In this document: in pieces, positions 1 to 12,542 of the stretch | How positions within the stretch are numbered: the first letter of the stretch is position 1 | Layout of the letters: each line of letters starts with the position of its first letter | Origin: Candidatus Altimarinota bacterium | Lineage (GTDB): Bacteria > Patescibacteriota > Gracilibacteria > BD1-5 > UBA2023 | Direction: 5' to 3' | Length of the DNA stretch: 50,908 bases | Assembly: GCA_031423995.1 (NCBI GenBank) | Contig: JANPGO010000011.1 | Location: 1-50,908 of the forward strand | The notes under the pieces: generated by a model | The model's database searches: none | What the model was told of the DNA's origin: nothing | What the model saw: the letters and a program-made list of their open reading frames with translations, nothing else | Translations under genes and position numbers: made by a program

Positions 1-1035
1 ATGTATATGTGGCGGGATGATCGAGCGGGGAATATGATCTTTCGTGCACTGCATCAGAAGTCGCGACTCTTTCCAGGTATAGATATCATCATCGAGAAAG
101 ATGCCTTCGGTTCTCGGGTATACAACGCTCAGAAACTCTGGAGTTTCGGGAAGGTAGGGGGAGATATATTTTCTACCGCTTCGATCCAGGCACTCATACA
201 AGATGCGAAAAATATACAATTCGTCTCTATCTGATCCTGATGGCCCCTCAGACTCAAGCACCTGAGAGAAAATAATCACTCCAAGGTATTTCTCTTCGAT
301 GAATTCACTCCCTCGAGTCATGCCCTCATCGGAGGGATGAATATCGCGGATCAGTACCTCACGGCACCCGCACTGATACCTACCGATACTGGGGGTTGGC
401 ATGACTATATGGTGAAGGTGACCGGCGAACTCGCAGACACTATCGCACGATGACGAAGTACCAAAAAACGGTGAAAAATAGAACAAACATTCACCACAGG
501 AGTCGAGATATTCATGACCCTTCGTAATCGTCTCGCCATGCGCAAACGTATCCTGAATGAACTCTCACGTGCAGAGAAATCTATCATCATCGAACATGGA
601 TATCTCACGGATATGAAGATCATCAGACAATTGCGGCGACTCGGTCGTGCCGGTATCGATATCGATGTGATCCTTCCTGATCGTTCTGATGGCGTCTGGC
701 ATGCGAATATGCGAAGTATTCATAGTATTCTGAGACCTTCACTCATCCACCCTCAGAGTGAGAGCCGAATACGAGTATGGCTCTATCCAGGGATGATCCA
801 TGCAAAGGTCATCCTCATCGATAGATCAGTTGCCATCATCGGTTCGGCGAATCTCACCTATGGGAGCTTCGACTTCCTCCATGAGACGAATGCAATATTT
901 CGAGGGAAAAATGGTGTCGTGGGTCTCCTCGCCGATCAGCTCGAGAAGGATATCTCTCTGAGCAGAAAAGTGCTTCTCGCAACCATCCCAAAGTATTCGC
1001 TCATCCTCGCATGGATCCAAAAATGGTTTATATAA
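1..1035 (+). CDS. HKD-family phospholipase D / cardiolipin-synthase-like protein (5' end outside window)
   Basis: Frame 1 joins track ORFs 1..234 and 514..1035 across four in-frame TGA. Two HKD motifs are present (HSKVFLFD and HAKVILIDRSVAIIGSANL). Ends at TAA 1033-1035. Confidence 0.8.
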
Positions 1036-1063
1036 GTGTTTGAATTTGAATAATGTCAGTGTT

Positions 1064-1130
1064 CCGTCATTCTGAACGGAGTGAAGAATCCAGTCGAGAA
1101 AATGGATTCTGGCATTCGCCAGAATGATAA
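1064..1130. repeat. Short copy of the CCGTCATTCTGAACGGAGTGAAGAATCC palindromic repeat family
   Basis: Its 5' arm is identical to 12449-12477. An internal inverted TCATTCTG...CAGAATGA pair is present. It lies in the intergenic space after the PLD gene. Confidence 0.5.
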
Positions 1131-1255
1131 AATTGATTCTATCCAAACAAATTAAGTAATATATACTTCACAAATTCCTCATCCGAAAGCATTGGGAATT
1201 TCGAGTTGACACTCAGGGTGAAAGGATAGAATGAAGGGTATCATAAACTCTTCCT

Positions 1256-3211
1256 ATGCACACTATTTTCTCTATCTTCTCGCTCCAGAATCTCATCATA
1301 GAACTCAGGAGAGTCATCAGTCGATTTCCCCTCTCAGCTCTCTGTATTCTCATCGTGACAGGAATACTCTCATATGAGAATGCGATGAGCTATTCAGATA
1401 TCAGTAGTGAGCTCCGTGATACACTTGGCTATATCACGATCGCAAGTGGCATTGCTTTCTTTCTCGCAACAGCACTCGATCTCTTCCTCGAACAGGTTCA
1501 TAGGAAGTGGGTCTATCGAGTGATTGGGTATATTGGGACTATCGCCTACGCATTCTACCTCTACACTTCACTCGAGAGTCGGATGAGTTCGACTGAGTCA
1601 ACGACGCTCATTTTGCTTTCACTTTTTGGATTCCTGATCACACTCTTCTTTGCTCCGTATATTCGGGATCTCGTGCAGAAAAAATACTCTCAGGAAGCGT
1701 ATATTCACTATTTTTATTCCATTGCAATAGCATTTCTGACGGCTATGATCATGAGTGGTATCCTCATGATCCTTGGATCGATCGCACTCTGGAGTATCGA
1801 TATACTCTTCACGGTGGATTGGATTGGGGATAAGGCCTATGGATATATGGCGATTTTTTCCTTCGCCTTTGTAGCTCCACTTTTCTGACTCTCGCGTATC
1901 CCATGATCGTGAGATACTCATGCTCGGGAAGGGAAGGTGAATGTTTTTTTTGCATTCCTCGTCACGTATGTTGGAACTCCGTTCATCTGTATCTATTTCC
2001 TCATCCTCTATGCCTATAGCGCCTATGTACTCATGCACTTCAATGATTGGCCACAATGACAGGTCTCATGGATGGTGATCGGATTTTCTACATTTTCCTA
2101 TGTGCTCTATATCTTCTCTGAACCGATTGCTCTCGAGTGACGGATCGTGAACTTGGTACGAAATATCCTCCCCGCAGTTGTCCTCCCACAGGTCGGGATG
2201 CTCTTCTATGCGATCTATCTCCGCATCGCTCAGTATGACTTCACGATCAATCGATATTTCGTCGTCGTTTTCGGACTCTGGCTCGTGGGAATATCACTCT
2301 ATTTCCTCATCTCCCGAGAGAAGCGACTGATCATGATCACAGCTTCACTTGCCGTCATCACACTCCTCATCTCAGTCGGACCATGGTCGGTCTACCATCT
2401 TCCTCTTGCTCGTCAGTATAGTCGACTGGTCGCCAATCTCGAAACAGCAGGTATCCTCTCGAATGGACAGATTAAACCTCTTGCTACGTATGAATCCATC
2501 GACGTGACCCTCTCAGATGATATCTATACCGGCATCGAGTATGTCTGTGGATTCGATCACTGTCGCCTCGTGCGAGCCCTGTTCGAACCATCACTTCCGA
2601 CGCTCGTCCAGGCAGAGAACGATCGAGAAAAAAATTGGGAAAAGGATGCTCTCGAATATCAGAAATGTCAGACGCTTGGGCAATTCGATTGCTATAGAAA
2701 AGTGATGGACAAAGAAATGAGTTCTTGGGAAATACGTGAGCATATAGCCAGTATCATCAAAGTGAGAGTCAAGCCATACCAATGAGACAATGAATACAAT
2801 GCCTTCCTGAACTTTTCTCTCGATGAATCCTCTGGAGCACTCTTTCCGATCGATATCGCATGATATGAGCGAATCTTCTCAGTTGCACAGAATACAGAAT
2901 GGTCTGTACAACAGAAAAATATCCTCCTCCTCGATACCACTTGATCCACTGCAAGTCTCATCATGAGTGGGCAGTTGGTCGATACCTTCTCGATCAAGGA
3001 TTTTGAGAATTCACTTCTCGAAACCTTCCGAACTGAGAACAAGCTCAATCTGCCGAAAGATCAGATGACTGTAACACTCGATGGGAAGGCATACTCGGTG
3101 AAGATCTATCTTCGTTCGATCAGTATACTGAATCCAACATATATCACACCCAAGAAGCCAATTAATATTTACATCTCTGCGGATGGATATGCTCTCGTGA
3201 AGCGAAAATAG
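1256..3211 (+). CDS. Polytopic membrane protein (DUF4153-like)
   Basis: Frame 2 joins ORFs 1256..1888, 2147..2785 and 2963..3211 through in-frame TGAs, checked codon by codon. The N-terminal two thirds is highly hydrophobic. Ends at TAG. Confidence 0.65.
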
Positions 3212-3482
3212 CTTGACTTCTCATGGAAAGTCATAGAATGAGAAATTATCTCTTCACTCAAAATCTATGCTAGAATGACTACATCCAGATACAGTAAGAC
3301 AAATTCAGGAAAAAATGTCTCCAACAGAACGCCTAAGGAGGCTATGATGAGCAAATACACCCAGTTTAACTTCTTCTAGTGGATGAGAAAGTTGAGTATG
3401 AGCTGAAGCAGCGAGAACACTGAGTAATGGTAGAACTACTGAGGTGCTCTGAAGTCCAGTTAGAAAAAATTGAGAGTAATTC

Positions 3483-4790
3483 CTATTTTCTATACCAAAA
3501 CCGACACTCCTCACCTCCGTTGAGGAGTTTTCTATTCGCGAGTCAGAATCGGATATCGACCGGATAGCTCGTGATGAATCCTCATCCAGATTCACTCACT
3601 TCATGGATGAGCTTCTTGTAGATCCCATCGAGGTCGTCACTCTGCAGGCGATTGCCATAGGGAGGATTGGTGATGATGGTTGGTGGGGGAGTGGGTTGTC
3701 CAGGGAGAACAGTTTTAGATTTCCCTTCTTCATCATGCTGAGTAGGATTTAGTGTCTCAAGAGATTCCGCATCAAGTGCGGAATGACGAACTTGAGGCAT
3801 ATCCAGAAAGTTTCCCACTGAGAACGTGATATCTCATTCGACTCAGGCACGTCGAGCATTTTCTCTTGCTACAGAGATCATGGCAGGATCAATATCTCGG
3901 GCGTGGATTGTATAGCTTCCTGAGGGGTAGATTTTTTTCTCTGCTTGTTCTCGCACCTGCTCGAGAAGATCTGCATCATGGAAGGGGAGTTCTTCCATAC
4001 GGTATGAGCGAAAGAGTCCTGGAGCGATATTTCGCGCCATCATCGCTGCTTCGATCGGGATCGTTCCAGAGCCACAGAATGGATCGAGCAGGGGAGTCCG
4101 ATACTTCCAGTTCGCGAAGGCAACCAGCGCAGCTGCGAGATTCTCTTTCAGGGGAGCCTCCCCTGCATCACGACGATAGCCACGCTTATGGAGGGGATCA
4201 CCTGTCACATCGAGGAGGACATGGGCAATATTATCGATGATGAGGATAAGTATGTGAACCTCTGTGTTATTGGTATAGTTCGGGGTCGTGATGGTGGAGA
4301 ATATAGCATTTTGCCCGACGCTCTGGATGGTTGGGATACTCGAGAGTGTCGATCGGGTCGATGATGCCTCGATGACGATCTGTTCCTTTCCTGTCAGATA
4401 TTTTTCCCATTCGATATTCCTAAGGACGGCATGGAGCGTATCGAAGTCGATAATCGCCTCTTCCGCAAGGGAGAGGTAGACTCGATTCGCGAAACGAGAG
4501 GAGATCAAGAGTTCATACATATTCTGCAGAGTTCCACGAGACTGCACGAGTCGATCGAGTGCACGGATGTCACTCACTCCGATTTTCTCACATTCTCGCT
4601 TCACGAGGGATTCGAGGCCTGACTGGCAGGTGAGGAGAAAATTGAGTGGTAGAAGGTTCGAATCTTGGAGTCTTGGAGTGTTGGAATCTTGGGGGGCTTG
4701 AAGATTCGAACTAGAACTGATTTTTTCTGATCTCGATACGATGGGAGTATTTGGATCTTGTTTCTTGACGAGTTTGATGATTTTTGGCAT
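3483..4790 (-). CDS. THUMP-domain SAM-dependent RNA methyltransferase (RlmL/UPF0020 family)
   Basis: Joins ORFs 3843..4790 and 3582..3818 and extends to TAG at 3483. Carries DPFCGSGTIPIEAA (SAM motif I), NPPYG (motif IV) and a C-terminal LLNGGEECRFW. Confidence 0.85.
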
Positions 4791-4897
4791 GGGGGAAGTG
4801 TAGCGAAAAAGGAAAAAAGAGCAAAGGATGTTATTTATATTGAAAATATTTTACTATTATGTTAGAATTCAAAAAGAATACTAACTTTTAAATAAAT

Positions 4898-5947
4898 ATG
4901 AATACTGTTTGAGTTACACCTTCTATTCCTCAGTCGTTTGGGTTTCTTTGACAAATTTGATCTGGAATACTTACATCATCATCAACAGTTGCTGCAGTAC
5001 AAGCAAACGTAAATGTAGTTTTAGACTTACACATAAGAGATAGCATACTTGCTAATAATACAGTAAAAAATCTCTTAGTTTCATCCATAAAAATGGCTCA
5101 TGTTGATGAAAATGGAATCATAAAGAATGAAATTTTGCTTCATAATCTCGCTGGTTATCTTAGATTAATGTATCCTGAACAAACAGATGAATACATTGCT
5201 CACCTGTTATTTTTTACAAAGAAATCTAATCTAATAAAGTTGATTGAGGATTATGTTCCCCCATCATCTCTCCCTCAAGGACCAAGGATACAGATAGAAG
5301 CTCCTAAGTGACCGAAAAGCATCGATAAATTACAATACACCTCTACTACATATGATGCTGATGCATTAGATAGATATCCATGAATTCCTGATAAATATAC
5401 AAGAGTTACCCCTCAACAAAGGATGAAGCTCGCTGAAATCTATGCATCAGGACTTAATATGAGTAATCTATTTCCAAGGATTTTAGCTATATCCGCTGAT
5501 TGAACTTGAACGCTTCCTGATAGTATAGATGGTTGGATAGTATGGTGCTGACTCTTCAGGGACCTAATGGATGACATTCGTGCGAAGATTGTATCCCAAT
5601 CAGAAAATATGAATATTCTTCGAATGAAAAACCCTAAGGAGTATGCAATTATGAGATATCTTGTATCACCAATTCATCCAGTAACAAATAAATTAAAAAG
5701 AAAAATATTATTAACTCCAGAATTCTCAGATAGAGATAGTCTTAGCATGTATGAGGTGTTTTCAGTGGACCCATTATTTCGTAAATTATTTCCAAATACA
5801 AAACTGTGAAATGATTTCTATAGTCCACGAAAAGGTGAAGGACTATTAGAATTTACTAACTATTTTGAACTACTTGATCTACTTTGAATAGACTCAGATG
5901 AATATAAACAAAGAATAATTGATTTTATTGGAGAACAGGTAACTTAG
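4898..5947 (+). CDS. Hypothetical protein, A+T-rich orphan (349 aa)
   Basis: Frame 2 is continuous from ATG 4898 to TAG 5945-5947 with multiple TGA=Gly, checked codon by codon. No motif recognised. Composition is visibly more A+T-rich than the neighbouring genes. Confidence 0.6.
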
Positions 5948-5956
5948 AAGTCTTTG

Positions 5957-5989
5957 AAATCCCCCACCATCACGGTAGGGGATTTTTTT
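5957..5989. terminator. Bidirectional rho-independent terminator
   Basis: AAATCCCC...GGGGATTT stem followed by a T-run, placed between two convergent genes. Confidence 0.6.
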
Positions 5990-6575
5990 ATACTGAGAAC
6001 TTCGGAAGGTATTCCTTCACATAGCGCTCTTCACATTCACGGATGATCTTGACAGCTTCAGTTGCATCGAAGAATCCGTTTACCTTACAGGTTCCAGGTT
6101 TCTTCAGATCCTTGTAGTGTTCGAGATAGTGAGCTGCTTCTTTCTGCCAGTGAGGTCCGAGTTGCTCATAGGAAGTGATATGGTCCATACGTTTGTCATC
6201 AGCGAGGACGCCGATCACTTTATCATCGATCTCACCACCATCATCGAACTTGATAATCCCGATCACTCTCACTTCTGCGAGTGATCCAGGGACGAGTCAT
6301 TCTGTCACATTTGCGATGACGACATCGAGCGCATCATTATCATGATCCCATGTACATGGGATCGCTCCATAGGCGAATGGATAGGCAAGAGAAGAATATC
6401 CGACGCGATCGAGTTTGAGAGTTCCTGTCTCAGTGATGAGCTCATACTTATTGATAGACATCGCATTGATCTCGATGATTGTATTGATCCGGAGCTTTTC
6501 TACATCTGCGAAAGCTGGGAGGATATGGAGGAGATTGAGCATATATTTGCTCGGTGGGTGGTCGATATTGGCCAT
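5988..6575 (-). CDS. ppa: Inorganic pyrophosphatase, family I
   Basis: ORFs 6297..6575 and 5988..6272 are in frame across one TGA. The sequence reads as a family I soluble pyrophosphatase by eye, including the DNDALDV and KVIGVLADD segments. Confidence 0.9.
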
Positions 6576-6810
6576 AGTATGGATGAATGTTAGAATGTTA
6601 GAGTGTTTGAATCTTAGAGTGGGAAAAGTTGGATGAGTATTGTATGAGCTTCAGATAGGGCATTGTTCTATTCAAAGATACAAAACTTCCAAACTTCCAA
6701 GACTCTACTCGAGCATATTGAAAAACTGGAAAATGCAACCATTTTGCACGAGAAATGTTGCGATCCTTGGCTTTGTCTCTATACTGCAGTCAGTATTTCT
6801 CATGTAGCCT

Positions 6811-8691
6811 ATGACACGAAAGCTTCTCATCCTTCTCTTGCCAATAGTTCTCTCAGCATGCAATCTTCTCGGTTCCACAACCAATTCTGACAATCTTCCT
6901 GAACATGATCTCACTACCGACTACTCCCGAGCAATGAATCGGGTGTTTTCAGTTACGTATGATACCGAGTTGAAGAATTTTCTTGATTGAGTTTATCAGA
7001 AATTTGCACCCCCTGGATATGATACCGGAAGTCTTCAGGTATTCTATAATTCCCCGAAGGTTGGAAAGATGGATCTCACGCTTCACGCAGATGCTGTTCG
7101 CGAATCATGGAGAAAGATGTCAGCGAATATGAGTCTCACAGGCAGTATCGAATCACCAGATACGAATATCCGATTCAACGATGTTCGCGGTGGATATATT
7201 AGCCTCTTTCCAGCAAAAACTTTTATCCGACTGGATGCATTTGATATCGTCGGAAGTCTGAACGAGACAATCAAAAAATCTCTCAAATGAAGTCGTCTCA
7301 AACTCGGGACATGGTACTTATCGGATGGTATCCATATACCTCAGAACCTTGTTGATGGGGAGATCTGATCATTCTTTGTTCCATTCACAGCACGACTTAT
7401 CGATGATGTCCTCGATAATGGACTCGTTCATATCAGACGAACACTCGCAAGTCATCCGATACTTGAATCTATCTCTGGTACAGGAAATCTCGTCAATTCG
7501 AACTATGAATATGATGTGCGATATTCGGCCTCTGGCGCGGAGGATCTTTTTCTAACCTTTGTCGATATCTATACCGATACAGGATCGATCACTCCATCGA
7601 TACGATCAACAATCCATGAACTGACGCAGTCGATCAATGGAAAAGGAACATTTCGTATAGATAAGCTCGATCCAAGTATTTTCCACTTTACCGGACGATT
7701 CTTCACACTGAAACGGATGTACGATCTCGCGATCGATGTAGAGAAAAATCATACCTTCTATGAGTTGACGGGAAAGTATTGGGGATTCACTTCAACCTTC
7801 GATCGATTCCCGGATAATCGAGTCCTATACTCACTCGAAATGAAAGATGGAACGGGTTCTACAGAGTGGATCCACTATGAAGGAAAGCCCTCTTCCAAGG
7901 GTCTATATCTCACACTCCGAGTCTGAGATATAGAAACACGAGCACTCCAGATCCAGTATGCGAATACCGCGAATACATTCTCTGGAAGCATAGAAATGCT
8001 TCCCGTTGATCAGAATGCAATATTCTTGAGCTATTCCGGAAAGAGAGAATGAGGAGTCTTGACACGAATTTGAGGGCATATAGAACAGGGAAATACTAAT
8101 ATTGATGGGGATGTTCTCCTTGATTGAGATGAGAATTTCACAGGAACACTCACGACACCAGTTGGAGTATTTCATGCTCTTGATCACATTCATACTGGTG
8201 ATATCTTCATCAAGGGAGAGTCACAGTGATTGACAGCCACACTTGTACAGACTTATACGAATGCAGGACTCCTTGATGGCAAACTTGAACTCCCTGTCGG
8301 GAGTCTCTCATGGACAGGAAAAATATTAGATGGAACAATATCCTGATTCCATTCGGCATTTGTCTCGCCATTCGGACATGTGTCGGTGAATCTCGACCAG
8401 ACAAGCCAGGGCCTCGTCGCTTGACCGTTCATCATTGCTGATGAAAAGAACGAAATCCTCTCAGGAAAACTTCTTCTTCATATCGAGCCAAAAAAACGAG
8501 GATTGAGAATAGATACCACCAATCCGATCGATGGAACACCACTCTCATTTGGGATCGAGACTATTTCCGATATTCTCTGGTCAGAATCTGCTCATGTTGA
8601 TATTCCGAAGGATTATTTTCCTATCGCAGACCTCCTAGGAACAGGGTGAATGGATGGAGTGAATTCACTGCCAGGGCTGTCAGGATTTTAG
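6811..8691 (+). CDS. Large lipoprotein, function unknown (626 aa)
   Basis: Signal peptide with lipobox MTRKLLILLLPIVLSAC. Frame 1 is continuous across many TGAs to TAG 8689-8691, verified codon by codon. Confidence 0.7.
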
Positions 8692-8707
8692 ATACTTTCT
8701 CTTTGCT

Positions 8708-9211
8708 ATGCAATTCTCACACAAATGATTTCTCTTCATAGAAAGTTCCCTCCTCTTCTTCGTGGCATGAGTATGAATTCTTTCTTGAGCGTTTTTTCCA
8801 GCCATGACTTCCTATCTTGAGCGTTCTCGTGATGCAGCACGTATTGCCTGACTCATGCAGTACAAAACCGCACTTCAATGATTCTATGCTGATAACGAAG
8901 TATATCCGACAGAGTCTGATACATCCTGCATTCCTGGGAAAGTCCTCCAGGGAAAATATCTTCTCACGCTCCCGACTGATCCATCGAAGCATCCGACATC
9001 ACCATGCAATGGAGATGAAGGTATGACCTATGCATACCGAACATGGAATGATGCGAGTGGAAAACCTCACTTTCTCCTCTCAGCCCATATGGAGGATGAG
9101 GCGCGGTGAAATTCCCCTAAAGGAATCAATGAATATTCGAATACTGAGCTTCTCTCATGATCAGTTTCATTCATACCGAATAGCGGACAGTATTACTCGA
9201 TATTTTATTAA
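8708..9211 (+). CDS. Type IV pilin / pseudopilin-like protein
   Basis: Class III signal MQFSHKG|FLFIE with Glu at +5, then a hydrophobic helix and SYLERSRDAARIAGL. The -1 Gly is encoded by TGA. Ends at TAA 9209-9211. Confidence 0.8.
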
Positions 9212-9233
9212 CTATACACATTATAAGTAAATA

Positions 9234-9256
9234 GTCTCTTCAGAGACGATTTTTCT
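9234..9256 (+). terminator. Rho-independent terminator after the pilin gene
   Basis: GTCTC-TTCA-GAGAC hairpin followed by GATTTTT. Confidence 0.5.
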
Positions 9257-9309
9257 CTTGATATGATCCAGGAGATCTCTATACTAGGCGCATTGCATAA
9301 TCTTTTTCT

Positions 9310-10923
9310 ATGTTCAAAAAATATATTTCCATTGTTCCTGCACTTTTCCTTGTCGGATGCAGTTGGTCATCAGCTCCATCAGACTTCTCATGAATGTACC
9401 GTGCACATGTGACAAAACAACTCGACTCAGTCCATCAAGTAGCTGAGGATATCGGAATCGGGAAGAAATATATGATCGATGGATCAACCAAATTCTGAGC
9501 GAATGTTCCTGGGTATATGAGCGGTATTCTCTCGATGGATTATACTTCCAAGATTGATGGACGAGACATAGAATTCACATGACGAAAATTCCTTCTCGGC
9601 TATGAGGCATTTATTGCATCTGGTTCAATCTCTCTCGATGCGCTCGGAATTACATCAAAATGAGGAGATACCTATTTCTTCTTCAAGGATCTCGCTGAGC
9701 ATAATATGCTCAGTCCTCGAATGCTCGAAGTATTTCAGAAATATAATGCAAAGTGGCTCTCTCTCACCAAGGCAGACATAGAATCTTCGCTCTCTGGAGG
9801 AACTCTCCAGGACGTCCTCTCATACAAACTTTCCGAATCACTCTCTTCGCTTACACTCGATGAGGTGAAAGAGAGATTGAATAAGTACCCACTCTTCCAG
9901 GAAGTGGGCGACCTTGGAAATTCTGGCTCACTCCATCAGTATGCAGTCTCGCTCAATGCTCCAAATATTGTTTCCCTGATTGATGATTTCTCTCTCCGCC
10001 TCACCGGAAGTTGACTCTCTTCAGATGATCGGTCGACACTGACGAAGGATTTTGCATCTGTATCAAGTAGTGGTACAGTGAGTTTTGATCCGAAGGATGC
10101 AAGGTACATCAACCTCGATCTCATGCTCTCATCATCAGATATGTGAACTACACGAATTATGCTCAAGGAGGCAAAAGATGAATTCCAACTCACGCTGAAG
10201 ACAAATGTTACCACTCTTTCTCTTTCTGCAGTGAAGTCTGAGAATGGTGATCAGAATAGCACTCTCTCGCTCAGTCAGGGAGACAAGGAGGTCGCAAAAC
10301 TCGTCGTCCTCTTCAAATACGAAGATGGTCGTATGAACGAACTTGATCTCACTATGAGTGCTCCATCTCAGGGGCTCACGATGAACCTCATAGAGAAGAA
10401 TGCAAAAGATGGATCATTCGAAGGAAATATGAACGCAGGTATAGGAAATGCAACTTGGACAGGAAAAGTTGATCATCGGGCTCTCATGGCGCTCCATCTT
10501 CATGGGGCAGTAGTGGGGACAACTCTCGCTGTCGATCTCGAAGCAAAAAATGGAGATATGATATATGGTCCACTTGTCATGAAGAGTGGAAATACGATTG
10601 ACTTTGCTGCGGATATATGACTTCGTGTCACTCCAGAGCGATTCTCTCTGAGTATCGATACTGCACTCCCATCAGATGGGACTGGGAGTGGTGCCACGGA
10701 ACAAAAGGCACACTTCGATGCTGATATTATCGCAAAACGATCAGGATTCTCAGGTAATGTCGAGACACCAAAAGCTGAAAAGACATTTCGAGAATTCATC
10801 AAGGATATCGATGCGATTGCTCCTGCAGAAGAATCCTTCCAAGAAACTCCCCCTGAAGAGTCACTTTCTTGAACTCCAGGAATGGGATCAGGGACCGTTA
10901 TTCAGGGAACCGTATCGAACTAA
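9310..10923 (+). CDS. Lipoprotein, function unknown (537 aa)
   Basis: Lipobox MFKKYISIVPALFLVGC. Frame 1 joins ORFs 9706..10014 and 10159..10620 through TGAs to TAA 10921. Confidence 0.7.
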
Positions 10924-10933
10924 TCTTCTCTCT

Positions 10934-11059
10934 ATGCGCAAAGCGTTCATCACTATTACTGTCATTGCCCTCCTTCTTTCAATCATCGGAACAGGGGTCC
11001 TTGTCTACATAGATTCACACAGTCCAATACCGTCTGAGTCTTCCGTATCAGGAGAATAA
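10934..11059 (+). CDS. Small single-pass membrane protein (41 aa)
   Basis: MRKAFITITVIALLLSIIGTGVLVY... starts 11 nt after the upstream stop. Confidence 0.4.
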   Translation: MRKAFITITVIALLLSIIGTGVLVYIDSHSPIPSESSVSGE

Positions 11060-11081
11060 TTTATTTGTATTTTTTCTTCCT

Positions 11082-11393
11082 ATGTCTGATCCACACATCA
11101 CCAACGAACAAAAACTTGAAGCCATGTTTCGTATTATTACAGAACAAGAAGATCGGAGAAAGCGAGCGCAATGGTTTCGTCTCTTGAAGTGGTGTATACT
11201 TGCTGTTGGTATCTATTTCATCGCGACACAGCCAGCACTCATCCTCGGGAAGGTGACTGAGATCATCAAACCGCTGGTACTCTCGACGGCGAGTGGAATG
11301 ATCTCAACACAAAAAGATGAACTCATGAAGAGTATCAAGGATGTCCTTCCAGCAGGTATTGACGTCAAAGAATTCCCACTTCCTCCCCAATAA
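11082..11393 (+). CDS. Hypothetical membrane protein (103 aa)
   Basis: Uninterrupted track ORF with one predicted TM segment. A terminator overlaps its stop codon. Confidence 0.55.
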   Translation: MSDPHITNEQKLEAMFRIITEQEDRRKRAQWFRLLKWCILAVGIYFIATQPALILGKVTEIIKPLVLSTASGMISTQKDELMKSIKDVLPAGIDVKEFPLPPQ

Positions 11394-11407
11394 TTTGGGG
11401 ATTTTTT
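11385..11407 (+). terminator. Rho-independent terminator
   Basis: CCCCAA-TAAT-TTGGGG hairpin followed by ATTTTTT. Confidence 0.6.
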
Positions 11408-11419
11408 CTGAATATTTCT

Positions 11420-12427
11420 ATGATCATCACCCCACTCGGACATACAGAATTCCTCGTCGATATCGCGAATAGTGAGTGAGAAAATGTCCGTATCCTCGTC
11501 GACAGTTGGCTCTCGGATTTTGCCATCGGGGATCTCATGGAACGCGCAGTGAAGGTAGAACTTGATCCTGAAAAAATCGCGACCATCGATGCCATCTATA
11601 TCTCGCATGCTCACTCAGATCATCTGGATCCGTATACTCTTGTTTCGATCTACTGACTATCGCAGGCTCACAAGGAGGGGAATTTCCCCCTCTTGATGCT
11701 TCCAGTCACACTGGGGTATCTCAAGCCACTTTTTGCTCAGTATCTGCCGAATGCTCCGATTCATTGGCTCATGAACTATGAGTCCCATACTTTGAACGGG
11801 ATCAAGATTACTGGCTATATGTTCCCACAGTCTTCGATTACCAATGAAGATGACGTCATGATGCTCTCGGTCGACAATGGTCGAGAACTTCTTTTTGCTG
11901 AGATCGATACCCTTCCGGAAGAGGATTCTCTCGATGCCCAGCGCGAACTCTACCGTATCCTCTCGAGAGAGGGATACGAGACGATCTCTTATATCGCGAG
12001 TCGAAATGAACTTCCAGGACAGCTCCCACTCCTTGACCTCCCCATGAAGAAACGCAAATCATTTCGGGACGAATATATTGCTGGACGCAAAGAGGAAATG
12101 TACTTTGCCTATCAGAAATGGGAATACGAGGAATTCGAAAATTTCCCGAATATATTCGAGATCCCCAACCTGGTTCGTGGGTATATCGGGCAGGGAATCG
12201 CCTATCCGAGACAATGCTCGCTCGATTATTCTCACCTCCAAATATTCCCTCTCGAAGAAATCGCTTCGATGGAGTCGGATATCGCACGCGAGTGTGGCTA
12301 TGAATTCCCACAAAAGGCGCTCCTTCCTGGTCGTCAATACAAGATCGAGAAAGCCAGTATTGAAGCAGGAAGAAAAGAATGTCCGATAGGGAAAATAATA
12401 GACAATAAGAAGCAGAAAGGAGATTGA
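11420..12427 (+). CDS. MBL-fold metallo-hydrolase
   Basis: ISHAHSDHLD (HxHxDH motif). ATG 11420 joins ORF 11693..12427 in frame 2 through two TGAs. Confidence 0.8.
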
Positions 12428-12448
12428 ATTCAAGAGATGTCGAGTGAT

Positions 12449-12542
12449 CCGTCATTCTGAACGGAGTGAAGAATCCATTTGTCTGATTCACGGGATCCTT
12501 ACCCACAAGGGGTATACTGACTATCGCAAGCTCAGGATGACG
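12449..12542. repeat. 94-nt TIR element (CCGTCATTCTGA...TCAGGATGACG)
   Basis: Near-perfect terminal inverted repeats. The 5' arm is identical to the copy at 1064. Confidence 0.55.

Noticed and set aside
3212-3482. RNase P-like fragments (GAAGTCCAG and ACAGAACGCC) and an SRP-like GAAGCAGC.
   Set aside because: The P4-like halves occur in the wrong order and no supporting helices could be drawn. No tRNA T-arm, tmRNA 3' end or rRNA signature was seen in any spacer of the window.
3505-3528. Perfect hairpin CTCCTCA-CCTCCGT-TGAGGAG followed by TTTT on the plus strand, which looks like a terminator for a non-coding RNA starting near 3285.
   Set aside because: Once TGA is read as Gly, the minus-strand methyltransferase continues through this hairpin to TAG 3483 and encodes the family-typical C-terminus LLNGGEECRFW. 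The hairpin is therefore inside a CDS.
8817-9230. Track ORFs 8817..9026 and 9030..9230 (plus strand) and 8717..8992 (minus strand).
   Set aside because: All are out of frame with the pilin-like gene, which has a canonical class III signal. Their translations are rich in His, Arg and Ser with no motif.
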